From: an uncultured Acidimicrobiaceae bacterium
GTDB lineage: Bacteria; Actinomycetota; Acidimicrobiia; Acidimicrobiales; RAAP-2
Assembly: GCA_963749355.1 (NCBI GenBank)
Contig: CAVVMM010000012.1
Location: forward strand, 154,683-218,682
Direction: 5' to 3'
DNA: 64,000 nt
Part shown: positions 21,868 through 33,449 of the stretch, in pieces
Layout: every line of letters starts with the position of its first letter
Numbering within the stretch: the first letter of the stretch is position 1
Translations under genes and position numbers: made by a program
The notes under the pieces: model-generated
Seen by the model: only the letters and a program-made list of their open reading frames with translations
What the model was told of the DNA's origin: nothing
Database searches by the model: none

Positions 21868-22851
21868 TTGAAGGCGTGGTGCGTGTCCGAACTTGGCTGG
21901 CCTCATGAGGTCCTGCGCTTGGAGGATGTCGCGGTACCGCAACCTGGCCCTGGCCAGCTGCTGGTTCGTGTGTTCGGCGCGGCGGCCAACTTTCCCGACA
22001 TACTCATGTGTCGCGGAATGTACCAAGTGAAGCCGCCGCTGCCGTTCACCCCCGGAATCGAGTTGTGCGGTGAGGTTGTCTCGCTCGGACCTGGGGCCAT
22101 CGGATTCTCAGTCGGCGATCGGGTGATTGGCTCATCGGCGTTGCCTGCGGGCGCGTTCGCGGAGTTTGCCTTGATGGACATTTCGCGGACCTTCAGTGCT
22201 CCGGACGTGCTCGACGATGCCGAGGCGGCTTCGTTCTACATTGGTTACCAAACCGGCTGGTTCGGACTACACCGGCGCGCGCACCTTCAACCCGGAGAGA
22301 CCTTGCTCGTGCACGCCGCGGCCGGTGGAGTCGGTAGCGGCGCAGTCCAGCTCGGCAAGGCAGCCGGCGCCCGCGTCATCGGTGTGGTCGGTGGACCAGA
22401 GAAGGTCCGCGTAGCGAAAGAGCTCGGCGCCGACATCGTGGTCGATCGGTTCAGCGAAGACTTCGTAGAGGTCGTCAACGACGTCACCGAAAGCCGCGGT
22501 GCGGACGTGGTGTACGACCCGGTTGGGGGAGACGCCTACCAGCGTTCAACCAAATGCATTGCCTTTGAGGGCCGGATCCTCGTCGTGGGCTTTGCGGGAG
22601 GGGACATCCAATCTGCCGCGCTCAATCATGTTCTCGTCAAGAACTACTCGATCGTGGGTCTGCACTGGGGCCTCTACGCGAAGAAGAATCCAGCGTTGAT
22701 GCGTTTCTGTCACGAGGAGCTGTGCCGGCTCGCTACCGAGGGACTCATCAGGCCTCTAGTCAGCGAGCGACTCGCACTTGACGCGGTCGCGGACGGGTTG
22801 CAACGGCTCGCTGAGGGAAAGACGGTGGGCAGGGTGGTCTACGTCGCATGA
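21868..22851 (+). CDS. NADPH:quinone oxidoreductase (MDR, zeta-crystallin-like)
   Basis: NFPD..G.YQ.KPPLPFTPG.E, AAAGGVG, YDPVGG. Confidence 0.9.
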   Translation: MKAWCVSELGWPHEVLRLEDVAVPQPGPGQLLVRVFGAAANFPDILMCRGMYQVKPPLPFTPGIELCGEVVSLGPGAIGFSVGDRVIGSSALPAGAFAEFALMDISRTFSAPDVLDDAEAASFYIGYQTGWFGLHRRAHLQPGETLLVHAAAGGVGSGAVQLGKAAGARVIGVVGGPEKVRVAKELGADIVVDRFSEDFVEVVNDVTESRGADVVYDPVGGDAYQRSTKCIAFEGRILVVGFAGGDIQSAALNHVLVKNYSIVGLHWGLYAKKNPALMRFCHEELCRLATEGLIRPLVSERLALDAVADGLQRLAEGKTVGRVVYVA

Positions 22852-23028
22852 TGAAAATCGCGCAGGCTCGCCGAGCCCAGGGGTGTGGGGTGAGGGCGAC
22901 TGATGCGCAGCACTGGTCGACATCGTTGCTCTCGACGACGACCTCTCACATCGGCTCGACGCACTTCGGAAACCGTCACGTCTCGTGCCGGCACTCGCAA
23001 TCCCCATTACACAACATAAGGAGAACTC

Positions 23029-23787
23029 GTGACTGATCAACGCCGTACTGCCATTGTTACCGGAGCTGCTCGCGGCATTGGAGCGGCTATCGCCCGACGA
23101 TTGAGTAATGACGGCTTCGCCGTCGCGGTCCTCGACCTCGAGCAAGCTGCCTGCGCGGGTGTCGTCGACGAGATAAGAGCGTCGGGGGGCGAGGCGCTCG
23201 CTGTCGGCGCCGACGTGGCCGACGAAGAAGCGGTCGCCCACGCCGTCGACCACGTGGCGGATGCGCTTGGTGCGCCCACCGTGCTGGTCAATAACGCCGG
23301 CATCACCCGGGACAATCTGCTCTTCAAAATGACCGTCGGCGAGTGGGATGCCGTCATGAACGTGCATCTTCGCGGTTCGTTTCTGATGAGCCGAGCCACA
23401 CAGAAGTACATGACCGAAGCCAAATGGGGACGGATAATCAACATCTCCAGCGTTTCCGCCCTCGGTAATCGCGGGCAGGTCAACTACTCCGCGGCCAAGG
23501 CGGGCCTCCAGGGATTTACCAAGACCTTGGCGATTGAGCTCGGCAAGTTCGGCGTGACCGCGAACGCCATCGCACCGGGATTCGTTGAGTCCGAGATGAC
23601 CATTGAGACCGCCAGGCGCACGGGCGTGCCCTTTGAGGACTTCAAGGCCGCCGCCGTGCAGAGAATCGCGGTTGCCCGGGTGGGCCAACCCGACGACATC
23701 GCCGCGGTGGCGTCATTCTTCGCGCGCGACGATGCCTCGTTCGTGTCAGGTCAGGTGATCTACGTGGCAGGGGGTCCCCGTGGCTGA
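23029..23787 (+). CDS. fabG: 3-oxoacyl-ACP/CoA reductase (SDR)
   Basis: TGAARGIG, NNAGITRD, YSAAK; AAGGAG RBS. Confidence 0.88.
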   Translation: MTDQRRTAIVTGAARGIGAAIARRLSNDGFAVAVLDLEQAACAGVVDEIRASGGEALAVGADVADEEAVAHAVDHVADALGAPTVLVNNAGITRDNLLFKMTVGEWDAVMNVHLRGSFLMSRATQKYMTEAKWGRIINISSVSALGNRGQVNYSAAKAGLQGFTKTLAIELGKFGVTANAIAPGFVESEMTIETARRTGVPFEDFKAAAVQRIAVARVGQPDDIAAVASFFARDDASFVSGQVIYVAGGPRG

Positions 23788-23832
23788 GCTGTCGCGTGCG
23801 CGCGGGACGAGTTTCATAGAGGAGACAGCGAC

Positions 23833-24288
23833 ATGAGGACCTTTAGCGGTCTTGACGAGTTCGAGAAGGAGGTTGGCACTCACCTTGGCCATAGTGACTG
23901 GCACGTCATCACCCAAGAGCAGGTCGACCTCTTTGCCGAGGCAACCGGTGACCATCAGTGGATACACACGGATCCCGAGAGAGCGGCCTCCGGTCCGTTC
24001 GGCACGACCATCGCGCACGGCTACCTGACCTTGTCCCTGGTGCCGACGCTGGTTCGAGAGATCTACAGGATCGAGAGCCTGCGGATGGGCGTCAACTACG
24101 GATCCAACAAGGTTCGCTTCCCCTCCCCGGTGCCGGTGGGGTCGAAAATTCGGGCTGGTGCGGAGCTACTCGAGCTGAAAAGGAATCCTCAAGGAGCGCA
24201 GTCCACGATCCGGGTCACTATCGAACGCGAAGCGGGCGACAAGCCGGCCTGCATCGCCGAGATCGTCTCAGTGTTGGTTGTGGACTGA
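23833..24288 (+). CDS. MaoC-family dehydratase
   Basis: FAEATGDHQWIH.D, IAHGYLTLS. Confidence 0.9.
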   Translation: MRTFSGLDEFEKEVGTHLGHSDWHVITQEQVDLFAEATGDHQWIHTDPERAASGPFGTTIAHGYLTLSLVPTLVREIYRIESLRMGVNYGSNKVRFPSPVPVGSKIRAGAELLELKRNPQGAQSTIRVTIEREAGDKPACIAEIVSVLVVD

Positions 24289-24387
24289 TGCAACTGAGAC
24301 TGTGGGAAGCAAGTGGAGCGACAATGGCGAACGCGTTCTCGTTAGTCCTCTTCTCGTTGCCGCCGAGGCTGGAAGGGGACAGGTTTC

Positions 24388-26211
24388 GTGCTCTCTGAAC
24401 TGCGCCTCAATCTTGAGTTTCTCCTCGCCGATTGGCTGAAGATAGACGAGTTGTTCGAGCGGCCTCGCTACGCCGACCATTCGTGGGAGTCGATAGCCGA
24501 CTTGCTTGCTACGGCGGAGCGCATTGCGGCGGAAAAGTACGAGCCGTACAACCGGCTCATTGACACCGAGGTGCCACTGTTCGATGGCGAACACGTCATC
24601 TTGCCAAAAGCCACGTACGCCGCCTGGGCCAGCATCGTTGACCTCGGCATCATTCAGGCGGCCCAGGATTACGAGAACGGTGGCATGCAGCTGCCGCGGG
24701 TGGCCGAATTCGCCGTGACCACGCTCTTCTCGGCGTCGGCGCCCGGCATGGGACCTAGTGGTCTTACGGCGGCGAACGCTTCGCTCCTGGTCGCGCATGG
24801 ATCTGACGTGCAGCGGAGAGTCTTTGCCATCCGAGAGTTCGAAGGTCAGTGGGCGGGCACCATGTGCCTGTCGGAGCCGCAGGCCGGATCGTCACTTTCG
24901 GACATCACGACCAAGGCGGTGCCCGACGGCGATGACTTCGATCGGGACCCGATGGGAGCGCGCTACCGCCTTACGGGTAGCAAGATGTGGATCAGCGGCG
25001 GTGATCACGAGCTCACCGAAAACATCGTTCACCTGGTTCTCGCGAAGACGCCGAACGCCGACGGCACGGTTGATCCGGGCACCCGCGGGATTTCCCTCTT
25101 CATTGTGCCTAAGTTCCTGGTCGATCTGAATGGCACGCTCGCCGAGCGCAACGACGTGTCGTTGATTGGACTGAATCACAAGATCGGCTACCGCGGCATA
25201 CCTAACGCTTCGCTCAGCTTCGGCGGCGGAAGTTACTCGCCCATGGCCAAGAGCGGAGCGATTGGGTATCTCGTGGGCGAAACTGGCCAGGGTCTACGCC
25301 AGATGTTCCACATGATGAACGCCTATCGGATCAGAGTGGGCACCGCGGCCGGCGCGATTGGGTACGCGGGTTACGCCGCATCGCTCGAATACGCGCGAGT
25401 GCGGATTCAGGGCCGGATCCGGTCGCCCAAGGGAGCAGACGCAGTCGCTGGTCCCGTGCCGATCATCGAACACGCGGACGTCAAGCGAATGCTGCTCGCC
25501 CAGAAGGCGTACTGCGAAGGGGCAATTGCGCTGTCACTGTACTGCGCGAGGCTCCTCGACGAGCAGAAGACTGGCGGGGCCGAGGCCGCGCAGAAGGCGT
25601 CCGTGCTTCTCGATACCCTTACCCCGATTGTCAAGAGTTGGCCGAGCGAGTGGTGCTTGGAAGCCAACAACCTGGCGATCCAAGTGCACGGCGGCGTCGG
25701 CTACACGCCCGAATTTCCAGTCGAGCAGTTCTGGCGCGACAACCGACTGAACATGATCCATGAAGGAACGCACGGTATACAGGCGCTTGACCTACTTGGA
25801 CGCAAGGTGGTCATTGATGACGGAGCTGGCCTAACGCTGCTGCTCAACGAAATAGGCGCAACAGTTGAGCGTGCTCGAACGAACCCTGAACTTTCGAAGT
25901 ACGCCGACCAGTTGCTGACGGCCGCACAGAAGATTCGCGAGGCGACGGGCGAAGCTTGGAAGACCGGCGATGCCGACGAAGCACTCGCCAATGCGACGCC
26001 CTACATGGAGGGTTTCGGACACGTCGTCATTGCCTGGATATGGCTCGACATTGTGACGACCACGTGGCGGTGCGACAAGCCCATAACCGACGGAAAACGA
26101 GCGGCGATGAGATACTTCTTTGCCTATGAGCTGCCAAAGGTGGACGCGTGGTTGGCCGTTGCCCGCGACCGGGTACTCGTGTGCGCAGAAATGCAGGACC
26201 GGTGGTTCTAG
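24388..26211 (+). CDS. Long acyl-CoA dehydrogenase (FadE/DmdC-like)
   Basis: TMCLSEPQAGSSL, MFHMMN, IHEGTHGIQALDLLGRK. Confidence 0.9.
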   Translation: MLSELRLNLEFLLADWLKIDELFERPRYADHSWESIADLLATAERIAAEKYEPYNRLIDTEVPLFDGEHVILPKATYAAWASIVDLGIIQAAQDYENGGMQLPRVAEFAVTTLFSASAPGMGPSGLTAANASLLVAHGSDVQRRVFAIREFEGQWAGTMCLSEPQAGSSLSDITTKAVPDGDDFDRDPMGARYRLTGSKMWISGGDHELTENIVHLVLAKTPNADGTVDPGTRGISLFIVPKFLVDLNGTLAERNDVSLIGLNHKIGYRGIPNASLSFGGGSYSPMAKSGAIGYLVGETGQGLRQMFHMMNAYRIRVGTAAGAIGYAGYAASLEYARVRIQGRIRSPKGADAVAGPVPIIEHADVKRMLLAQKAYCEGAIALSLYCARLLDEQKTGGAEAAQKASVLLDTLTPIVKSWPSEWCLEANNLAIQVHGGVGYTPEFPVEQFWRDNRLNMIHEGTHGIQALDLLGRKVVIDDGAGLTLLLNEIGATVERARTNPELSKYADQLLTAAQKIREATGEAWKTGDADEALANATPYMEGFGHVVIAWIWLDIVTTTWRCDKPITDGKRAAMRYFFAYELPKVDAWLAVARDRVLVCAEMQDRWF

Positions 26212-26291
26212 ACGAATAACGGGGAATCGTCGCATGAATGAACAGATGACCAGGAAGCTTGAAACGATTCGTGGATAAGGAGGGTTATCCC

Positions 26292-27218
26292 GTGACGAGT
26301 CAAACTGAAACGACGATAGTGGGGCAGGTTCGTACGCCCCGGAACCGCTTCGCGCACTTAAGCGGGAGCATCCACAACGACGAGACGGCAGTGGGATTGG
26401 GCTTCAGAGGCGGGACCGTTGCCGGGAGCGTTCACATGGACCAGTTTCCGCCGCTGCTGCTCGAAGCATTCGGGCCGAGCTGGTTCGAAACAGGAAGCCT
26501 GTCGCTGTACTTTCGCCAGGCGACCACGGATGGGGATCCGGTCCAAGCGATGGTTGAGAGGCCCACGGCATATGGCGCTGACCTTCAAGTCCGAGCTTGG
26601 ATGATTGAACCTAGTGGGACCCTCCTGGCCGAGGGCACGGCGTCGATTGGGAATCCGTCCGAGCCCACCGCTCTTTACGCGCGGGACCTGCGGCCCGTTG
26701 ATCCAGATCAGCTGCGCATGCTCAAACACATTCATCCCGGAGATCACTTGGGCGACTTGGAGCTTCAGGTGGACGGCGACGAGCAGCGTCGTCTGATCGA
26801 CGAGCAACTGATGACCGAGCCACTTGGTTGGTACTCCGAGTCGTCGCCGTGGGGAGGGCCAATTGCGGCGCCATCGGCGGTCGTGAGGTTGCTCTACAGC
26901 GAACTGCTGGAATCGCTCAAAGCTTCAATCGGGCAACGCGTCGGTCTCTTTGGTGCGATCGAAATTCGATTCCTGGCCGGACCGATTCATCTTGACTCGA
27001 CGTATCACGTGTCCGGCGAGATCGTGGCGGTTGGCGAAACGCCGAAGACCGAGGTGCTGTGGTTTGACAGTTGGGGGAGCGCACCGGAAGGCCGCCAACT
27101 CGTAAAGATGCGAATGATGCTCCGACAGATGAAGGCGGCCTCGCCTCTCTACCCTGAGTTGGCGGGCGCGGGAGAGACGTCCTCGCCGCCAGCCACATCG
27201 CAATCAACCGCAGAGTAA
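26292..27218 (+). CDS. Putative double hot-dog fold (MaoC-like) protein
   Basis: SIHNDE.A..GFRGG.V.G resembles the hydratase motif; GTG after AGGAGG. Confidence 0.6.
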   Translation: MTSQTETTIVGQVRTPRNRFAHLSGSIHNDETAVGLGFRGGTVAGSVHMDQFPPLLLEAFGPSWFETGSLSLYFRQATTDGDPVQAMVERPTAYGADLQVRAWMIEPSGTLLAEGTASIGNPSEPTALYARDLRPVDPDQLRMLKHIHPGDHLGDLELQVDGDEQRRLIDEQLMTEPLGWYSESSPWGGPIAAPSAVVRLLYSELLESLKASIGQRVGLFGAIEIRFLAGPIHLDSTYHVSGEIVAVGETPKTEVLWFDSWGSAPEGRQLVKMRMMLRQMKAASPLYPELAGAGETSSPPATSQSTAE

Positions 27219-27231
27219 GGAAGAAGGCAAG

Positions 27232-28455
27232 ATGGAACTTGATCTGGGCCTAGAAGTAAATGTGTTTCGGCACGAGATCCGAGAGTGGATCGATCAAAAC
27301 GTTCCCGCGGGCCTGGTTGAGCTCGCTCCATGGGGATTTCCCGTAGTGAGCAGTGTGAATCTGAGCAATGACCGCGAAAGGGCGACGGCCAGTCCCTTGT
27401 ACAAGCAGTGGGAGCAGAGTCTCATGGGGGCCGGACTTCTCTGCCCGAACTGGCCCAAGGAGTACGGTGGGCGCGGGCTTAGCCCGATTGAAATGGTGGT
27501 TTTCGAAGAGGAGTGCCAGCGGGCGGGAGTTCCCAGGATTGAACGAGGCATGGGCGAGCGGCTGGTCGGGCCCGCGGTGCTCGTTCACGGAACGCCGGAG
27601 CAGAAGGCGTACTTTCTGCCCCGCATCGTGTCCGGCGAGGACATCTACTGCCAGGGATACTCCGAACCGGATCACGGTTCTGATCTTGCGGCCATCGAAA
27701 CAAAGGGCGTCGTCGACGGGGACGAGATAGTGATAAGTGGGCACAAGACGTGGACCTCGGGAGCCCGGCGCGCGAACATGATCTTCATCCTGTGCCGCAC
27801 GGACCCTGCAGCGCCACGGCATCGGGGGATTAGCTACGTACTTGCCCCATTTACACCGGAGAATGGAATCGAACTTCGGCCCGTCAAACAGATGAATGGC
27901 TCGTCACAATTTTGCGAGGAGTTCTTCGAAGGGACGCGGGCCCCACTCTTCAACATCATCGGCGGTTTGAACAATGGCTGGCGACCGGCTATGAGCACGT
28001 TGGGCTTCGAACGAGGGGGCAAGGCGACCACTGTCCACCTGGGCTTTGAGATTCAGTTCTGGGAGCTCTTGCGCCATGTGCAAGCCGCTGGTCAAAGCGC
28101 CGATCCCCTGGTGAGGCAACGTCTTGCCTGGGCTTTCACTCAGGTTTCACTGATGCGATTTGCCGGCCTGCGTTTGACGGCCCAAATCGCCAAGGGTCAG
28201 GCGCCGGGTCCGGAAGCTTCGATTGCCAAGGTGTTTCGCACGGAGTACCATCGGCGCTTCGGTGAGATTGCCGTCGACCTCACCGGCTCCAACGGCATGA
28301 TCCGACCCGATGGTGGCGGCTACCCCCTCAACTATTGGCAGGACGTATTCCTATCCAGCCGGGGCGCCACCATTTACTCCGGGACCAGCGAGATCCAGCG
28401 CAACATCATTGGCGAGCGGGCACTCGGGTTGCCGAAAGAACTGAGCCTTGTCTAA
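27232..28455 (+). CDS. Acyl-CoA dehydrogenase, FadE26/29/30-like subunit
   Basis: CQGYSEP..GSDLA, L..ERG, TIYSGTSEIQRNIIGERALGLPKE. Confidence 0.9.
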   Translation: MELDLGLEVNVFRHEIREWIDQNVPAGLVELAPWGFPVVSSVNLSNDRERATASPLYKQWEQSLMGAGLLCPNWPKEYGGRGLSPIEMVVFEEECQRAGVPRIERGMGERLVGPAVLVHGTPEQKAYFLPRIVSGEDIYCQGYSEPDHGSDLAAIETKGVVDGDEIVISGHKTWTSGARRANMIFILCRTDPAAPRHRGISYVLAPFTPENGIELRPVKQMNGSSQFCEEFFEGTRAPLFNIIGGLNNGWRPAMSTLGFERGGKATTVHLGFEIQFWELLRHVQAAGQSADPLVRQRLAWAFTQVSLMRFAGLRLTAQIAKGQAPGPEASIAKVFRTEYHRRFGEIAVDLTGSNGMIRPDGGGYPLNYWQDVFLSSRGATIYSGTSEIQRNIIGERALGLPKELSLV

Positions 28456-28599
28456 CGAGAGGGCGCATCAACTCGAGACGACCGCGTCTCCGGCAACAAG
28501 GCGTGTCGTTTCGGAAACGCAAGCATCGGTGCTGCTCGACGTGGATCATCTGGCGGTATCGATCCATTCGTAACGGCCTCTCGGGTTAGGAGACTTGGC

Positions 28600-30915
28600 A
28601 TGGCGCTTCGCGAACTGAGGGTGTTGGAGATGAGCGGCGGCATAGCCGGGCCCGCTGCGGGAATGCTCCTGGCCGATCATGGAGCCGACGTCATCAAGGT
28701 GGAGGCCGGAGCCGGAGACCCGGCGAGATCCACCGCCGGCTTCTGTGTCTGGAATCGGAACAAGCGTGGCATTCTGCTGGACGTTTCTTCCCACCAGGAT
28801 CGCCTCCGGCTGGAGGAGCTGCTCGCAGGGGCGGACGTTTGTATCGATTCGTCAACTCCGGCGGATGTTGAAGGGAGCCTCCTCGACCACGATCGCTTGG
28901 TGTCGCGCTATCCCGCTCTCGTTGTCGTCTCTACCCCTCCGACCCCGGGTCGCAGCACGCCTTGGTGGGGCGGTCAAGAGGCCAATGGTCTCCTCGAAGC
29001 CTATAGCGGCGCGGCAGTAAAGCAGGCGTCGTACGAGGGCGGCCCCATTGACTCTGTTTTGCCGGCGCTGCTGTATATGCAGGGCGCGTGGGCGGCGGCG
29101 TGCACGGTGGCCTCTTTACTTGAGCGCCGACGATCGGGCAGGGGACAAGTGGTGAGCGTTACCGGTATGCATGGCGCCCTAGTGACGTCAATGCTCGGCT
29201 ACACGTTCCGTGAGGGAGTGTCGACGGCAGCTCAGCCCGGAGCCCCGAGAGGGCGCAGCCCTTTTTACCGGATCTACCAATGCGGTGACGGGGAGTGGCT
29301 CGTGATGGCCGCGCTTACCGATAAGTTTCATCGCCGTGCTTTCGAAGTCCTGGGACTTCAGGCCTTGCTGGACGATCCGCGCATCTATAACAAGCCCGGC
29401 GTGGTCCTCACCCAGGAAGCCGACCGGCGTTGGTTGATCGATATTTTCGAGGCTGCATTCCGTGCCAAGCCCCTGAAGGAGTGGCTTCGCATCCTGGGGT
29501 TGGCGGGGATTCCGGCAGCGCAGATCAGGACGAACGACGGATGGCTTGACGATGAAATAATTCGGCAAGCCGGGTTGCGCGCCGAACTGGATGATCCCCA
29601 ACACGGCAGAGTTACCATGCCCGGCCTGTTCGTTGACCTGCACGACTCGCCGGGATTGATTTGCGGCCCCGCACCGCAATTCGGCCAGCACAGCGAGAGC
29701 CTTGCGTGGCATCCGCAGAGTGTTGTCCCGCGTGGCGACGCGCCGGAAACGGTGAGCCACGCTGGCGGTCCCCTCAGTAACTACCGCGTCGCCAATTCCG
29801 GAACAATGGTGGCTGGACCAATGACCGGGAGCCTGCTGGCCGAGTTAGGCGCGGACGTCGTGAAGGTCGAGTCGCTCGAAGGCGATCCGTTTCGCGTTAT
29901 GGGCTATCCCTATAACCGGGGCATGCGCTCGCTGAGCGTTCATTTGGATCGCACGGAAGGCAGGGAGGTGCTCGCCAAACTGGCGGCGAGTTGTGACGTG
30001 TTCATATCGTCAAACCGCCCGCTCACTGCCGCGAAGTTGTGCCTCGACTATGAGTCCGTTCGACGATGGAACAAAGAGGTCGTCTACTACGGCATAACGG
30101 CGTTCGGTGAAGTAGGTCCCTACGAAATGTTCCGGGGTTCGATCCAGTGCTCCAGGCCCTGTCGGGAATGATGCGGGGACGAGGGGGCCCGGAAGAGCCC
30201 GTCATGCTTACCTCCGCCTTGAACGACGTCGCGACGGCAGCGCTTGGCGCCTTCGGAGTAGCTGTCGCGCTATGGCATCGACACGAACTGGCCAGTGGCT
30301 CGGCGTGGACCACTGCGCAGGCGTCAACATTCATGCAGTCTGGCGAGTTGGTGTCGTACCCCGGTCGACCACCGCGGCTAAGCGGCGCGCGGGACCGACG
30401 TGGATCGGGCCCGGCTGATCAGTACTACAAGGTCGCCGACGGCTGGGTACGCGTCGCACCTCGTGGGGCGCGTCGGCCCACTGGTGGCATCGTCGAGCAG
30501 ATGCTGCAGGGAGACGTTGCGCACCACGTTGCCGAGATCGACGCCGATCTAGCTCTCCGGTTGAGGGATACGCCGTCGGCCGAGGTCCTGCAATTCTTGT
30601 GGCGCGAGGGGATACCTGCGGTTAAAGCCCGATCGGCGAACGGAATGGTGGGTGACCAAGACCTGATGGCTGAGGGTGTTCTACATCTCCACCATGCCGA
30701 CAGGGGAGGAGCGGAGGTGTATATGGCGGGACACTGGCGCGCTTCCGTCGCACCGAGGAAAGCCGGTCACTGGCACCGCCGGGGCTCGGCGAGCACTCGG
30801 TTGACGTCCTAAAGGGGCTGGGCGCGTCGGAGGACGGATCGCGGCGCTCGTCGCCAGTGGGATCGTTCGGGCCGGCGAGGCATTCCATTTCGACGATGTC
30901 GTTCAGTATCGCTAA
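28600..30915 (+). pseudogene. Double-domain family III CoA-transferase (CaiB/BaiF), frameshifted
   Basis: Two AGP..LA..GADV.KVE repeats; reading continues across frame changes near 30130 (GFDPVLQALSGMM), 30735 (PPGLGEHS) and 30835 (IAALVASGIV) to TAA at 30915. May be intact with sequence errors. Confidence 0.75.
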
Positions 30916-31079
30916 TGGTGCGCTGGGGGTGGGGCATACGCCATTCCATTGCCAAAGGCGAGAATGCGGCAGCCGGCCATCCGCCTCTGATCAAGCTTTG
31001 TAACGTTCCTCATAGTTCGGCTGGTTCCGGACCGACTGACTCAGAAGATGCTATTAATTGAGTAACCTGAGGAGACGAT

Positions 31080-32290
31080 ATGCCCGAAGCTGTAATTGTC
31101 GCAACCGGCCGAACACCCATTGGTCGAGCGTCGAAGGGATCGCTCGTCGAGCTGCGGGCCGATGACCTCGCGGCGCTCGTGGTCAGGGAGGTAATGGCCA
31201 GGATTCCTCAGCTTGATCCTCACGGCGTGGAAGACGTGATTCTCGGCTGCGGCTTCCCAATGGGCGAGGCGGGTTTCAACATTGGCCGCGTGGTGGCAGT
31301 ACTCGCTGGTCTCAGCGACGTACGGGCGTCACGGTCAACCGATACTGCTCATCGTCCTTGCAGACAAATTCGCATGGCCGCTCACGCAATCCGAGCCGGG
31401 GAAGGCGATGTTTTCGTCGCCGCGGGCGTCGATCAGTGTCGCGCACGTACGTGCTGCCAGCCGAAAGAGAAAGGGCCCTCAACCCGCTCTACTCAGCGAC
31501 GCCATCCAAAGATCGGCGGCAAGGTCCGAACGTATAGGTGAGCCGTGGATTCCACCATCGGGGCTTCCGGACGTCTATTGCCATGGGCCAAACGGCCGAA
31601 AACGTCGCCGAGATTGAGAACATCGCACGTGAGGAGATGGACGAGTTTGCCATGCTCTCGCAGCATCGCGCGGTGGCGAGTCAGGCGAACAGGTTCTTCG
31701 AACGTGAAATCATCCCTGTGACCCTGCCCCGGGACGGGACCGTTGTTGCCAGGGATGACGGACCGCGGCCCGGCACCACCATGGAAAAGCTTTCGCAACT
31801 AAACCCGGTCTTTCGCCAGGGCGGCACGATCACGGCCGGGAACGCCTGTCCGTTGAACGACGGCGCCGCGGCTGTCGTCGTGATGAGTTCCACCAGGGCG
31901 AAGGAGTTGGGCGTCACGCCTCTTGCCCGAATCGTTTCCAGTGGCGTCAGCGGACTCAACCCCGAAATCATGGGACTCGGACCCATTGAGGCCTGCCGGC
32001 AGGCAATCAGCCGGGCGGGCATGACCATCGATGACATCGATCTCATCGAAATCAACGAAGCCTTTGCCGCACAGGTCATTCCAAGCGCTCGTCACCTAGG
32101 CGTGACGTGGGACAAGCTGAACGTCAAGGGTGGGGCCATAGCCCTTGGTCATCCCTTCGGAATGACGGGTGCTCGCATCATGACAACGTTGCTCAACGCG
32201 CTGGAAGACGAGAACAAGATGGTTGGGATGGAATCCATGTGCGTTGGTGGCGGCCAAGGCATGGCAATGATTGTGGAGCGACTTAGCTAA
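31080..32290 (+). pseudogene. Acetyl-CoA acyltransferase (thiolase), frameshifted
   Basis: RTPIG N-terminus; TVNRYCSSSLQT lies in another frame (~31330); NEAFA, GHPFG and CVGGG intact in the 31538-32290 frame. Confidence 0.8.
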
Positions 32291-32369
32291 ACCGACGACG
32301 CTCGGTTCTCGGCCAGACCCTAAGGATCCCGGCCCGTCTGGTCCATTCCCAGCTCACAACGGGGTTGGC

Positions 32370-33449
32370 TTAGGTCAATTCTTCTGGAGGCTCGATAGGT
32401 TCGGCCGCCGGGATTCCTTGAACCATGGGAGGAGCTAGAGCCGGACTGTCCAGCGCAGCCGGCGGCCCTCCCTCAAGTCTGGCTGCAATGATCTCCCATC
32501 GGTGACAGGCGACTTGATGGTGACCTGCTCGCGCTTGGTCGTCGCGGAGGACGGGCTCCTCGTTCGCGCAGCGCTCAATCGCGTACGCGCATCGGGTTCG
32601 AAAGTGGCACCCCGAGGGTGGATGACGGAGGTCGGGCGGTTCTCCCTGGATCACGAACACACGTCGACCACCCCGCACGACTATTCGTGGCACCGCGGCG
32701 ACAAGTGCCTGGGTGTAGGGATGACGGGGATGGGAGAGCACATTGTCCGTGTCGCCCAACTCGACCAGCTTTGAGGCGTACATGACGCCCACTCGGTCTG
32801 CCGTTCTCGCCACGGCTGCGACATTGTGGGAGACGATCACGTACGTGAGCGCTCGCTCTTTGCGTAGTCGTTCCAGTAGCCGAAGCAGGACGGCTTGTAG
32901 CGAGACGTCTTGACCGGACAGAGGTTCGTCAAACAAGACCAGAGGGACCTGAGACGATAAGGCGCGGGCCATCGTTACTCGTTGGCGCTGCCCTCCGGAT
33001 AGCTGATGGGGCCGCCGGTCGGCCAGCTCGGCGTCGAGGCCAACGAGCCTCAAGAGCGCCACGGCCTCATCGCGCAACTCCGGTGGAATGCGGATCCGTT
33101 GCGGAGCGAGTGGCTCAACGATGCTTTTCCAGACTGGCACCCTGGGGTTTAATGCAAGGTCCGGATCCTGAAACACGACCTGTGGATAGGGCGGCGGCGT
33201 GCTGCTTCGCCTCGCGCCGTTGTCGCGGTAGTGGGTCTCAATCGTGCCAGAGGTTGGCTTGACGAGACCAGCGATGGCCTTGAGCAGCGTCGTTTTGCCA
33301 GATCCCGACTCGCCGATAATTGCGAACGTTTCGCCATCTCGAACGTCGAAAGTGACGTTGGAAACGGCCTGCAGGGGATGCTTTCGCCCGCCGTAGGTCA
33401 CGCCGAGAGCGCGCACTGACACCAAGACTTGGGCGTCACTCGGGGTCAC
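32370..33449 (-). CDS. Opp/Dpp-family ABC transporter ATPase (OppF-like)
   Basis: GESGSGKT, LSGGQRQR, HPYT..L, C.F..RC; GTG overlaps the upstream TGA. Confidence 0.92.
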   Translation of the reverse strand: MTPSDAQVLVSVRALGVTYGGRKHPLQAVSNVTFDVRDGETFAIIGESGSGKTTLLKAIAGLVKPTSGTIETHYRDNGARRSSTPPPYPQVVFQDPDLALNPRVPVWKSIVEPLAPQRIRIPPELRDEAVALLRLVGLDAELADRRPHQLSGGQRQRVTMARALSSQVPLVLFDEPLSGQDVSLQAVLLRLLERLRKERALTYVIVSHNVAAVARTADRVGVMYASKLVELGDTDNVLSHPRHPYTQALVAAVPRIVVRGGRRVFVIQGEPPDLRHPPSGCHFRTRCAYAIERCANEEPVLRDDQARAGHHQVACHRWEIIAARLEGGPPAALDSPALAPPMVQGIPAAEPIEPPEELT

